Assembly (NCBI GenBank): GCA_905178155.1
Contig: CAJINV010000003.1
Location: 2,681,740 to 2,745,739 of the forward strand
DNA: 64,000 bases
Source of the DNA: Amoebophrya sp. A120
Lineage: Eukaryota > Protista > Dinoflagellata
Direction of reading: 5' to 3'
Each line of letters starts with the position of its first letter. Position 1 is the first letter of the stretch. A model generated the notes under the pieces. That model had not been told where the DNA came from and did not search any database. It worked only from the letters and a program-made list of their open reading frames with translations. Positions 11,801 to 22,629 of the stretch are shown here, piece by piece. The translations under genes and the position numbers were made by a program.

Positions 11801-14800
11801 CCTGCATCGCGCGCGGAATTTTCGCGACGTGGGTCTCCGTTTCCAGCAGGGCCCGCTCGCTCGCCGACAACTCCCCGCGTCTGGTGGTCTTTGTGGTCTT
11901 CTTTGCTTGTTCTTTCAACATCCGGTTCATGTCGGAAGTAGTAGTACTGGATGCAATAGAAGATTTTTTCAGGGATCGGCGAACCGAGCTTGCGTCGTCG
12001 CTCCCGAAGAGCGTGCCCGTGAGGGAGAAGGGCGTGGTGGTCGTGGTCGTGGTCACGACCAGCGGCGCGCCCGTGGTTTCGCCCATCTCCGGTGGCGGGG
12101 TGGTGGTCTTGCTCAAGTCCACCGGGGGCAGTCCCTGGGCGACGAGCAGGGCGTTCTCGGTCTTCGCTTCAATCTCTTTCTCCAGGGCCAGCAGCTGCAG
12201 CGGCGTCACCGTGGACCGGAACTCCTGGATGTGCTTGGTCAGTGGGTCGATCAGGCTCGATACCGGGGCGTCCGCAATCGCCTGGAGTTCCGGGGCGATC
12301 GAGGAGCACTCGGACTCGTCGTAGCACCCGATCGCGATGGACACGGACACCGAGGACCCGCGCGGCGCGCCCGTGAGAAACCAGTAGGTCGTGTCCACGT
12401 CGATCGTTTCGTCTTGGATCGACGCCACCAGCCCCGCGTATGGCATTCTCAACTGTTACATTCTCAACTGTTACACGGATTTGTGATGCAGAATTGGCAT
12501 CAGCCTCCACTTGGTCAAGGTGCTTAGCATGACAAATTTTCGAAGGGCTAAACAGCGTGATAATCTGTGGAAAATTTGTGATGCGAAAGCTGCAATCAGC
12601 AATCTTGCCACTTTCACTGTTGCGATTCTTGCATCACAAATTCGTGTAACAGGTGAGAATGTAACATTTGAGAACGCCCTACCGCACTGATGGTCACTGT
12701 GTAGTTCGTGAACGGAGCCAGCTGCAATCCGGGCCGAAACGCCAAGGTTTCGCCGGAAAACACCAGCTCGCTGTCCAACTTCGTCAAGACGCGGGTGTTC
12801 TTGGCCGACGCGATCGTCGACGGTTCGAACTTCACCTCGCACGTCGCCACGCCGAAGAGGCTTTGTGATTATACATCGGCAATGATTTTCACTAGTAACA
12901 CTGTCCGACGAAGCATTATTTTATTCTCGTCCACAACCTCACTGCCGAAGTCGACCCCGCATTGTTGTTCACGAAAATTTTTACACGCAGCGTCCAGCTC
13001 TACTGGTGCCTCAGAAAATGGCTCTACTTTGGACAAGCCCAAGCCATTCTGTGAGGTGCGCAATACTATTACTAGTCCACATGAACATGGTTTGTCGTTG
13101 TACTTATGCCGCGGGCATCAAATAACACGAAAAGCTAAAGCTAAAGATAAACCATGTTGCACATCAGGTTGTAGAGAGTATACTCATAGGCCCCGGTGAA
13201 GCACGGGCCGGCTTTGATGGGTCGGTTGAAGGTGGCGTACATGTGGGCACTGGGGTCGCTATGCATCGCAAAAGCATCGCACTCATAGTAATTGCATTTA
13301 GTCTCTTTTGCAAGGGAGATCAGCATTGCACATTCAATTTGTAGTGCTGGGCTAATTTGTGATGCAATTTATACTAGTACGATGCTTTTGCAATGCATAG
13401 TCGCTGCTCGCGTGCGGGTCGGGCCCGGGCTGGGTCGCCACCAAACAGAGCCCTGCACAGGGTGTGGCCAGCTTGCCGTTGCGGTCCTCCGGAAGCAAGG
13501 TCGGCGCGAAGGCCGGCGTGGGGACCGTGACCCGGCTGTTGATGGTGTTCAGGGTGTCCAGGGACGGCCGGGCCAGCACCAGGAGCTGGTCGGGGTCCGA
13601 CATGGTGGAGCCGATGCGGTCCAGTAGGGAGTTGCGCACAAACGTTTCGGCCTGCTGCAGCTCGACCTGCGAGAGCTCGTCGAGCAGGCCGTTGACGGCC
13701 AGCTGTTGGCGCAACACGGCCTCGCCCTGCGGGTTGCTGCACGAGGAGGCGAAGTTCTTCAGCGCCTTGGCGCGCCGGGCCAGCTTGCCCATCACCCCGG
13801 GCGCGGAGTTCCGGCAGGTGTTGAACAGCTCCGAGTACTTGAGAATCATCGCCCGGCAGACGCCCGACCCGCACACCAGCGGGCGGTAGACGTCGTCCAC
13901 AGTTTCCACCCCCGCGTCGCTGATCACCACGTCCACCTCGCTGCCGCTGCCGTCCCAGTCCGCCAACCCAAGCTCCGCGAAGCGGCAGGTCCCGTGAAGA
14001 CTGTTCCACGCTTTCCTCATCTCGCCTATTTGTAGTTGGGGAGGAACATGTATGTCCACGACCACATGATGTGCGTGAACGATATCAATGCAAAACCTGG
14101 CCCTGGGAAGAAAAACCAACATGCACAGGCACAGCACGACGATGGAAAAAATGACAAAAAACTGACTTTTTTTTTGTGCAAGAAACTTTGTAGTACTTTG
14201 ACTGGGGCAGTTGCTGAGCAAGCGTTCCTCGGTCGGCTCACTAGTGGAGTTGACGTGCGCCGCGACACAGCTGCTGCGCGTCCACTTTTCCAGGTCCGCC
14301 CAGTCCCCGTAGCGGTGCTTTGTGTCCAGCAGCGAAACCATGTCCTGGCAGGCGGAGTCGCCCTCCGGGCATTTCACGGAGAGGGTCACCGCCGAGCGGA
14401 GCCCACTGGATTTTTGCCACACGGTGCACTTCGAGGGCGTGGGCGGCTCCACGGCGCCGGGAATTAACGGCAAAACCGTGGGCACGGATCCCCCCTTCAC
14501 CCAGGTCTCCTCCAAGTTGCCCACGCTGGCGTCCGCCAAAGAACGCCGCTTGATGAACCGCTCAAAATTTAAGCGCCGGACGCGGCGGGACTCGCACACG
14601 TATCCCGTCGTCGCCTCGTCGTCCGGGGTGCAGGTCTGTTTATGATTGGACAAAATGCAAAAACGCAGGGTCGACAAACCCGATTGGTATGGCTGTTTTG
14701 GCCCTCCCAGCGAACCGTTTGGACCTATGAAGATCCGGAGTCTCCCAATGCGCGGAGCAATTGTTGGAGCGCGAGTCGCCACACCCCTGCAATTGTCCGG

Positions 14801-17800
14801 GCAATTCTACGTTGCACCAAATTGAACCGGCGCGCGGTCGCCCAGCTGATAGATGCACCACCCGGGCCATAGGTTGCCCGACAAATAAATTGCCAACATG
14901 GGGGGGCCAAGATATTCGCAGCCCCTTGTCACGGCTCCCACAGGCCATTGATTATTATCACGGGCCCACGGACATACCAATAGCCCGAAAGCCGCCTTCC
15001 AATTTGCGGCGGGAAGCGCAGCCGCCCCAATGGCAGGGCGCTGCCAGAGCAAATTGCCGGCGCGCGCCCACCGCCTTTTGCATCCCCAAAGAAACGAAAC
15101 GGCAGGAACTGCAACACACCGGGGCGCCACTGCATGGTCGCTCGCCCCTGTGGCTGGCCGCGGGGCTTTGCGGCGGCGCAATGCAAAGAAACGGGCCCAC
15201 CGGGGGAGGCACGCGCCACACGCAAAACACACAAACGAGGAGGGCGCGCCCTTCTCTTCCACCATTAGCCGGACCCCAAACCCATCCCAGACGGCTCCCA
15301 CAACCAACAGCATTGCGGCTCTGGCCAGATTCTATTTGGCCGGGCGGCCAGAAATCGCGCACGTGCGAGAAAATGGCCAGCCGGCCCAATAGAATTCGGC
15401 ACCGGCCAAATAGAATTCGGCCACGATCCGAATTCTATTTCCCACCGACAACCGAACCGAAGGCCTCGGCCACGCGGTGCCGTGGTAGCTGGAACCCTGC
15501 TAGCACGATCCCCGGCCAGAGCGCCCGGGGCTGCATGGCCGCGCCGAGTCAAGCACACGTATCCCGTCGTCGCCTCGTCGTCCGGGGTGCAGGTCTGTTC
15601 GTTTATTTTTGGACGTCCAAGGAATCAAGTTGCTCAAATTCTTGGAATCACGTTGGTGACTGGAATCAAGTTACATGGAATCAAGTTGGATCCTGGAATC
15701 AAGTTGACTGGAATCAAGCATGACTTGCAAAAGCCCCCCCCTTTTCGCCGGAAAATTTCTCCGGACGCCTTCGAGAAACAGAATTCGCGCCAAGGAAGTC
15801 GATCAGTTTGGCGCGCTAGTGTAAGTTAGTAGTTCTTTTGAAGCTTCGCAAACCTCTGCAGCAGCACGAAGATCGACGGCACAAAACAAATTCCCCTGGG
15901 GGGGCAATCAAAGCCGGCTGACTTTGCGAGCGCGCTGACAACAAAAGCGAAAGCGCGCTGGCTTTGCACTTCGGGCTCGCCCAGAGGTCCCCTCAGGAAG
16001 GGACTAAGAAGTCCGCTCCTATTGGCTATATTTTACGGATAGGCTGGAGAAGTGGGAGAATGAAACTCCACTAACTTTTCGCACGCAGCGAGCTTTCGCG
16101 CTGCCTCCCGAAGACATTCAAAAAACCAAGTGAAAGCTCACTGGTTTTTTCACTCGGAGTGAGAAGTCGCCTACACATCCCGAAAGGCTTAGAGAAAAGA
16201 AGTGAGAAATCAGTGACTTCTCACTCTCGCGAAATCTTGACGGCTGGAAACCTTTTTGGAGTCCGACTCCAGAGTGAGAATTTTTCAAAAGTGAGAAATC
16301 AGTGATTTCTCACTACTTTTCTCGAAGGCACCCGAGCCCCGAAGAAATTTGGCGCTCGGGTCCCCCGACAGGAAACGTTGTTCCGGGCCTCCCGCACAGG
16401 AAAATTGTAGGCCTCTCTGAGCCGCGGAAAGTTTCGGGCCGAGAGGCCAGCTAAGGTGCATCCGGGACCCTTCGCCTCGTCGTCGCCTCGTCGTCCGGGG
16501 TGCGCCCTTGCGCCAGAGGCTCCGGCCTTAGCTAGGGGTCCCTGCCCTTGCCGCGTTGGCGGTGAGCACGGGCACCGGCAAACCGACGCACATTTCTTGC
16601 TTCGGCTTGGTTCTTACAAGTTGCCAACTTGTGTGGTTTGTGTGGTTGTCAAAGCGGCGCTTTGACAACCAAAGCGCGGCAAATGTGGCGGCCTGCAACC
16701 GAGTGGGGTCTTGATAACCAAGCGAGGACAATGCGGGCCGTGTAGTTAAGACAGACTGACGCAGCGCGCTTGCAGACACGCCGAAGGTCGCGCGCCTGCA
16801 CCCGAGTGCGTTTCAAAATGTGCGCCGGTTTGCCGCAATGTCCGTGGTGCCGCATCAGAGGGCTGCGGAGCCCTTCGACGGTCCATGTGCACAGCCCTCT
16901 GGCCTCTGGCCAAATCGGGACCATACCACCGGGGGAGGCCCTTCCGAAGCGGCCCAAATTGGGCCAGAGGACCCGACAGAGGACCCTCGGGCCCTCTGAC
17001 GGGTCCTCTGTAAAGTCCTCTGGTGAAATCGAGGCCGTGCCATCGGGGAAAGGCCGTCCGAGGCGGTCCAAATTGGGCCAGAGGACCCGACAGAGGACCC
17101 TCGGGTCCTCTGACGGGTCCTCTCCTAATTTTTGACCATGCTGCTAATGAAATCGAGGTAGTGCCGTCGGGGGAAGGTCCTCCGAGGCGGACCAAATTGG
17201 GCCAGAAAGTCCGCGAGGCAAAGTCCGCGCAAAATGTGCGCCGGTTTGCCGCGCCCCCAAATCCGGCGGCAAACAGCAACGTATCCCGTCGTCGCCTCGT
17301 CGTCCGGGGTGCAGGTCTGTTCGTTTATTTTTTCATGAAACTACCACTCGTGCTCGACGGGATCGGATCATGATCTGTGCATTACTGTACTTACTTTTGC
17401 AGTGCCACCCTTCTATCACGTGCTGCTTACATGTACATGTTGATCTTCTTTGAATAAAAAAAGAGAACAAGTCAAAAGTTTGACAGACGCGTTGTTTTCC
17501 TTTGCCACTTTACTAGAAAAAACTTACCTCGCTCGAACTGCAGGTGGCGGTAGCGCACACGTCCTCCTGGGTCTCGCAGTAGTCCCCGGTCCAGCCGTAT
17601 GCAAAGAAAAAAGTGTTAGAGTTACACATTGTGATGCAAAACATGCACCTAGTAAACCAAAGCGACACAAAGACCTCGAGGAACCATCCACAACCAAGAA
17701 CCTTGGAAAAGTGGAGTCCCCGAAGTCCTGGAGGTGAGATGCGAGGGGGACGCCTATTAGCTAAAGCACTAAAAATTAGCACTAAAGCAGAGGCACAAGG

Positions 17801-20800
17801 AAGCGGAGTAGTCAGAAATTAACTTGGAGCCGTCCTTACGGAGGACTCCAGCAACCTCAGTCCACCACTGCCCTCGCATTCACAAATGCAACAACACAAA
17901 AGTGCCGAAGCAACACCGGACGCTCATCCCACCGAAGGAACCACGGCAACTAAGATGCAAAACATGCAAGACAGATGGCCTCTGCCATGCGCAAAATGCT
18001 TGCGAGTCTCGTTTCGTGTTTTGCTTTATGATCTCTGCATTACAAGTTTTCTTCGTCATGCGATGCAACTTTGTAATGCTGAATTCACTGCAAATGTGTA
18101 ACTGTAACGCTTTTTTCCTTGGATAAGCCGGCTACACACGAGCACTGGTAGTTGCAGTCATCGTCGACGACCTGGCAGTAGCCGTCGTTCATGCATGGAT
18201 TATCCTCGCATACGGTGCAGTCGTTCTTGGGTGGCGGCGGAAGATTTGTGTCTGTCAGAATGTGGTTTATTTCACGTCGTTCTTGTACAAGTGCTACAGC
18301 AGGAGCTTCTTCGCTCGCCACTAAACATCATTTTGATTTTCATTTTGAACAAGGCCATCAATGAATTATTATCATGGGCATAGTCATGATAATATCTGTG
18401 ACCACGACGGGTACAGCAGCTGCTTTGAGGTCAAAGTCACCATCGCCACATGATATTTTATTTCCATCACCCAAAAGCAAAACTAAAACACCAGAAAGCC
18501 GTCAATTAGTCTAGTACTCTTCGGCACGCAGATGTCACCGCCGGTTGCGATTTCAAACCCGTCGGGACAGTGCAGGTGCTCGCAGCGTTTCCCGCCAAAC
18601 GAGACCGGGCAGTCGCATTTGAAGCCGTCGGGCGCATCGTGATCGAGATCGCAGGTGCCCCCGTGCTATCAAATGCAAGTGTCTGGGTCTGGGAGATTGC
18701 GAGACTTATCATGCTAGTCTGGCATGACTCTGAACTCTGTGTTGCATGGCCGCGAAGAGCTCCTCCCCCCTGTCATGCAAAAACGCAGTTCATCATGCGG
18801 AGTACGCAACTCAGAACCATGAAAAAGACTTGTCATGCTTGGCAGCCGCGCATCATAGTGAGTTCACTATTCCCTTTCTTGCATCACAAGTTTCCAGACC
18901 CAGACATATTTGCAATGCATACGTGCTGGCACGGGTTGGGGTCGCAGGCGTTCGTCTGCGCGACGGGGGAGCAGGTTTCCTGGCACAAGTCCTGCGAAAT
19001 GGAGGTTTCCTCGGCCGCGAACCCGGTGGGGCACTCGAGCTTGTCGCACGTGGGCCCGCTGAAAAAGCCCGTGCACTTGCAGGTGAAACCCGGCTCCCCC
19101 CGCGCCGCGGCCTCCGGGTTGCTGATGCACTCCCCGCCGCAGTTGCAGGGGTTGGGGTCGCAGTAGTTCTTGGGTTTGCACTGCTTGTCGCGGACGCAGG
19201 TGCGCTGCCCCCCGGCCGAAATGGTTTCCGTGAAGCACTCGTTGCACAAACACCGGTACCCGTAGTCGCCGACGCGGTTGGGGTGCCGCGAACTGTAGGA
19301 TCCGTCCAGGAGGGTCAGGTCCAGCGGTTCTCGACTCTTCCACGGCACACACTCCCCGTACCCGCACATGTTGTGATCACACACCGGGTCCTTGGAGCAG
19401 GTCTCCGGTTCCACCGACACGTCCAGCCGCCGCAGCGGGTGGTGCAGGATCTTGCTGAAGGCCTGCCGGAACGCCAGCTCTGCCTCTTTAATCGTGATGT
19501 CCGAACGCAGGTCGACGCCGGTAACCAGAAACTTTTGCGAAATCATCACCGATATGGCTTGCAAAATTATATGTGTCTGAGCGGTCATGGTCATCTGGAG
19601 CAAAGTTCGTGCTTAGAGGCAACATGTCACGTAAGAATCACAAATGTTACTAAGTATGTTCTTCTTATCCTTCTTGCAGACCCAGTAGACACATATATAA
19701 TTCAGCGTTGATACACGAGGACGCGGCGTTCTGGTGCGGGGTTACCAGGTGGCAGGTATCCTTGGAGGCATGCAACGCCTCAATCAACCGCTTGGAAGTG
19801 ACCAGAGACAAGGTGTGGTCCCGCCAGTGGACCTCCTCTTCGAATCGCGCCCGGGCCAGGGATATCAAATGCAAAAGTGTCTGAGTCTGGAAGATTCTGA
19901 GACTTGTCATGCATGTTTTGCACCTAGAAAACCAAAGCGACACAAAGACCTTTTTTTGGCTCGGACCCCCCACCCGCCTCAGCGATCTCGGATGTGAGTG
20001 TGCCCAGTCATGCGCAAAACCTGAAGAAGACATGACCAAAAAAAAACTTGGATGCTGCGGAGTCGCATGGAAAACAGAAAACTCCGAGCGGGCAACATCG
20101 CACATGCGCGACCGGCGGAAACGAGAAGTAGGGAGCAAGGGTGTCTAGTAAGGAGGAATGCAGGCCTCCCCCCCGTAGGGTTGAAACTGGTGAAAGTGGA
20201 ATAGTGCGACAGGCTTAAGATACTACGCGGACGAACCTCGAGGAACCATCCACAGCCAAGAACCTTGGAAAAGTGGGGTCCCCGAAGTCCTGGAGGTGAG
20301 CTGCGAGGGGGACGCCTATTAGCTAAAGCATGACCCAGGATGTTTTGCATGACGCGTTAGTTTTTTTTGCATGACGCATTTGCACGTCTATTAGTGATGC
20401 ATGTTTTGCATGACCCAGGATGTCTGTAATGCACGACCTAGCATCACAGACTTCTAGAGCGCTTCCTGATGCCTACTCCGCATGACAAACGCCCTCCCCG
20501 CGTAGTACAAACTGGACTCCTCTTGCTGGTCATGCAATACAGATTTTTTTAGAGTCCAAAATTAGCATCACAAGTTCTAACCTTCCAGACCCAGGCATTT
20601 TTGCATTTGATAAGGGACTGGCAGGTGGTAAAGGAGTTCCACGCGAGCTCCACGCGCCAGCGGCAAATTTATCCAAGAAAAAAACGTTGTTAGTGTAAAT
20701 TTGTGATGCGCAACATGCAAGATGATTGCGTCTGTCATGCTTCGCATGCATCGTAGGGTCCATCAACCGGCGTTTTCACGTACTATCTGCGCATGACAGG

Positions 20801-22629
20801 TTTTTGTTGTCATGCCAGACCAATTTGCAATGCTGTTCCACAAAAAATTTACACCTACAATGTTTTTTTCTTGGATAAAATTGGCGACACGCATAGTTTC
20901 TCCTTGATGTCGGGGTGAACCTGATCGCGTGCGGAGGACGAGTCGAAACGTTGCGTTTATTTTAGTCGGCGTTTGCCATACGTTGCCACCATCACCAAAC
21001 GGAATAAGGCACATCAAGCTCAGCTGCATCACCTTGCTGCTGCTGGTGGTAATCACTTACAAAAAATTCCATTCGTCATATCCCAGACAGCATGTATGTC
21101 TCGGGTGGCACAACTCACGACTGAAGTACCAATTCAAAATTTTTTTCTTGCTGTTGTAGTAGTTCGCCTGATGCATATCATTCAATTGGTTGATTATGAA
21201 GTATCTATACAACAAAAAGATTTGACTTTGATGACAGTTTCATACCGTGGCGAAGCTTCCCTTCTGCGTGTGCCACACCATTTCGTTCAAGTGAATCTGG
21301 TCCAAGCTACACGAATTGCTCACGTCCTCCAGTAGTGTTGCTGCTTCTTGGCACGTCGGACACCGGCCACAACTGAAGGGAAATGTGCCCTGGCACGGCC
21401 ACGCACCACTGTTTATTCAGCATATGGATTTGATGAAGTGTACGCACATTTATCATTCAGTCTTCTTGCATACAAAAAACGACCAACATCATATTTTTGT
21501 TAGAAGCGATGCTACCTTTATTTCGATTCGTCCCCCGATGAAGCAAAACTTTCCGTATAGTACAACTAAGTACCTCGGTGGTCTCTTGATACACTTCCCG
21601 AACCATGTGCGATCGTGCAATTGCAAGCTACCCACGAAGCCGTCGTTACACCGGCAGAAGCCTTTACTCAGTGTGGCGTGCAAGATGGGACAAGTGATCG
21701 GAGGGATCGTTGAACTAGTTGTCGTGGTCGACCTTATTTATTATCGTTGAATTCTTCAATGATTTTGTTTTTTGCAAGTTTGAATTTGAAAGTGATCAGC
21801 ACATATACTAGTGTAGTAGATTCTGTAGCCGGTTTATTTCTTGTGCGCCAGCGCGTAAGCCACGGTCCACCTGGTCTATTGATGATCAAGACCTAGTGCC
21901 GCACTGCTAGGGGGTCAACAATAATAGAATTCATTGTTTTGCAGAGCGCCTAGAAGATTTCTACTTAAGCACTTGTTACCCCGTGGCTTCACAGGCCTTT
22001 TTCTTCAGTTTCTCGTCGTCGAGCGTGGGTGTGACGTAGACTTTGTACATGAGCGGTTCGGCTCCGGAATGGGCCTCTTCCGTGAGCGCGACGTTTATGT
22101 CGCCACCCGCGAAGTCGCCGGTTCCCATCCCGGCCTCACTACTCCGTATGATGGTCGACAGCACCGCGCTGCCGTCGTCCTCAAACTCTCCCATGGTCAC
22201 CATGATTTTTCCGCCGGCGGAGGCTTCCAGGTCGGCGCCCAAATTCATCAGTGGCTCGCCGTTGCACTGCGGAACCGACAACGTGTAATCGAAAGTGGCC
22301 GGATCAAACGCCGGATTCAGGGTCCCGTAGGAAAACTTCATTTTCGTTAAACTCGCATGATCCGTGGCAACGGCAGTCCTGGACAGAACAGTTGTTGCGG
22401 CCAGGGTCGCCGTGCAGGCGGAGTAGAGAAAAGTGGTGGTCCTCCTCCTTCGTGGTAATTGTTCCATCGCTTCGCTGCTGCTGCTTCCGCGCCCTCGTCC
22501 GGGAGAAGGTGTTGCGCCCGGAGCCCGGCGCTGGTGTGCTGTGTTTGCCCTTGCGGATTTTTGTTTCATTTTTATCAGAACTGCTTCTGCAGCCGCACCA
22601 CCTGCCGGAGAGACGACCTGCGGCACCAT
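8811..22629 (-). CDS. Large multi-exon EGF-repeat protein with C-terminal multi-pass membrane region; single-gene extent tentative
   Basis: EGF units (CEDNPCMNDGYC...CSCVAGWTGDYC; CDPNPCNCGGEC...CKCTGFFSGPTC; CDPNPCQHGGTC...CDCPVSFGGKRC) become contiguous after introner removal. Hydrophobic helices at ~9560-11400. Confidence 0.6.
11106..11342. mobile_element. Degenerate introner, family A
   Basis: tatgccctgcaaatatg ... catatttgcatctgata; TSD cgccg/cgacg; removal gives CLLAV-VAMAYNG. Confidence 0.75.
11555..11713. mobile_element. Introner, family C
   Basis: tatcaagtgcaaaagtatcgtact ... tttgcaatgcgta; TSD ggtcc/gatcc; removal gives QLED-QNGFVDAAW. Confidence 0.8.
12439..12681. mobile_element. 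Introner, family B
   Basis: tatggcattctc ... gagaacgcccta; TSD ccgcg/ccgca; removal gives VTISA-GLVASIQ. Confidence 0.85.
13260..13399. mobile_element. Introner, family C
   Basis: tatgcatcgcaaaagcatcg ... cgatgcttttgcaatgcata; perfect TSD gtcgc. Confidence 0.9.
14594..17332. mobile_element. Stack of repeat-rich insertions separated by duplicated copies of an intron acceptor/exon start
   Basis: Target copies at 14594-14640, 15553-15610, 16478-16503 (partial) and 17279-17332. Internal tggaatcaag repeats, agtgagaa palindromes and ~114-bp tandem units. Confidence 0.75.
17598..18125. mobile_element. Introner, family D, carrying a nested insertion
   Basis: tatgcaaagaaaaaagtgttagagttacaca ... tgtgtaactgtaacgcttttttccttggata; TSD agccg; removal gives CSCVAG-WTGDYC. 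Confidence 0.9.
17648..17953. mobile_element. Nested element N1 inside an introner, 15-bp TSD
   Basis: gatgcaaaacatgca at 17633-17647 and 17954-17968; ~120 bp near-identical to N2. Confidence 0.8.
18667..18921. mobile_element. Introner, family A
   Basis: tatcaaatgcaagtgtctgggtctgg ... ccagacccagacatatttgcaatgcata; TSD cgtgc; splits the EGF motif PCQH-GGTC. Confidence 0.92.
19553..19713. mobile_element. Degenerate introner, family A-like
   Basis: tatggcttgcaaaattatatgtgtct ... agacacatatataattcagcgttgata; diverged TSD accga/cacga; frame restored NAASS-VMISQK. Confidence 0.6.
19863..20612. mobile_element. Introner, family A, carrying a nested insertion
   Basis: tatcaaatgcaaaagtgtctgagtctggaag ... 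cttccagacccaggcatttttgcatttgata; TSD aggga. Confidence 0.9.
19923..20396. mobile_element. Nested element N2 inside an introner, 14-bp TSD
   Basis: atgcatgttttgca at 19909-19922 and 20397-20410; shares the cctagwaaaccaaagcgacacaaagacct start and the ...cctattagctaaagca block with N1. Confidence 0.8.
20670..20877. mobile_element. Introner, family D
   Basis: tatccaagaaaaaaacgttgt ... acaatgtttttttcttggata; TSD aaatt. Confidence 0.88.

Noticed and set aside
14026-14202. Hydrophobic segment FFVIFSIVVLCLCMLVFL as a transmembrane helix
   Set aside because: Lies in an AT-rich 177-nt in-frame GT-AG intron
14594-17332. CRISPR-like array
   Set aside because: Spacers are 0.8-0.9 kb, the repeat is a piece of host exon, the context is eukaryotic and there are no cas genes
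17648-17953. Helitron identity for the nested element (CTAG near one end)
   Set aside because: Clear 14-15 bp TSDs and no subterminal hairpin; Helitrons make no TSD
19951-20075. Spliced-leader relic (ttttggctc) or hammerhead core (ctgaaga...gaaa) in nested element N2
   Set aside because: Only a 9-nt match to the dinoflagellate SL, and no convincing stem II or flanking stems by eye; a covariance-model search would be needed
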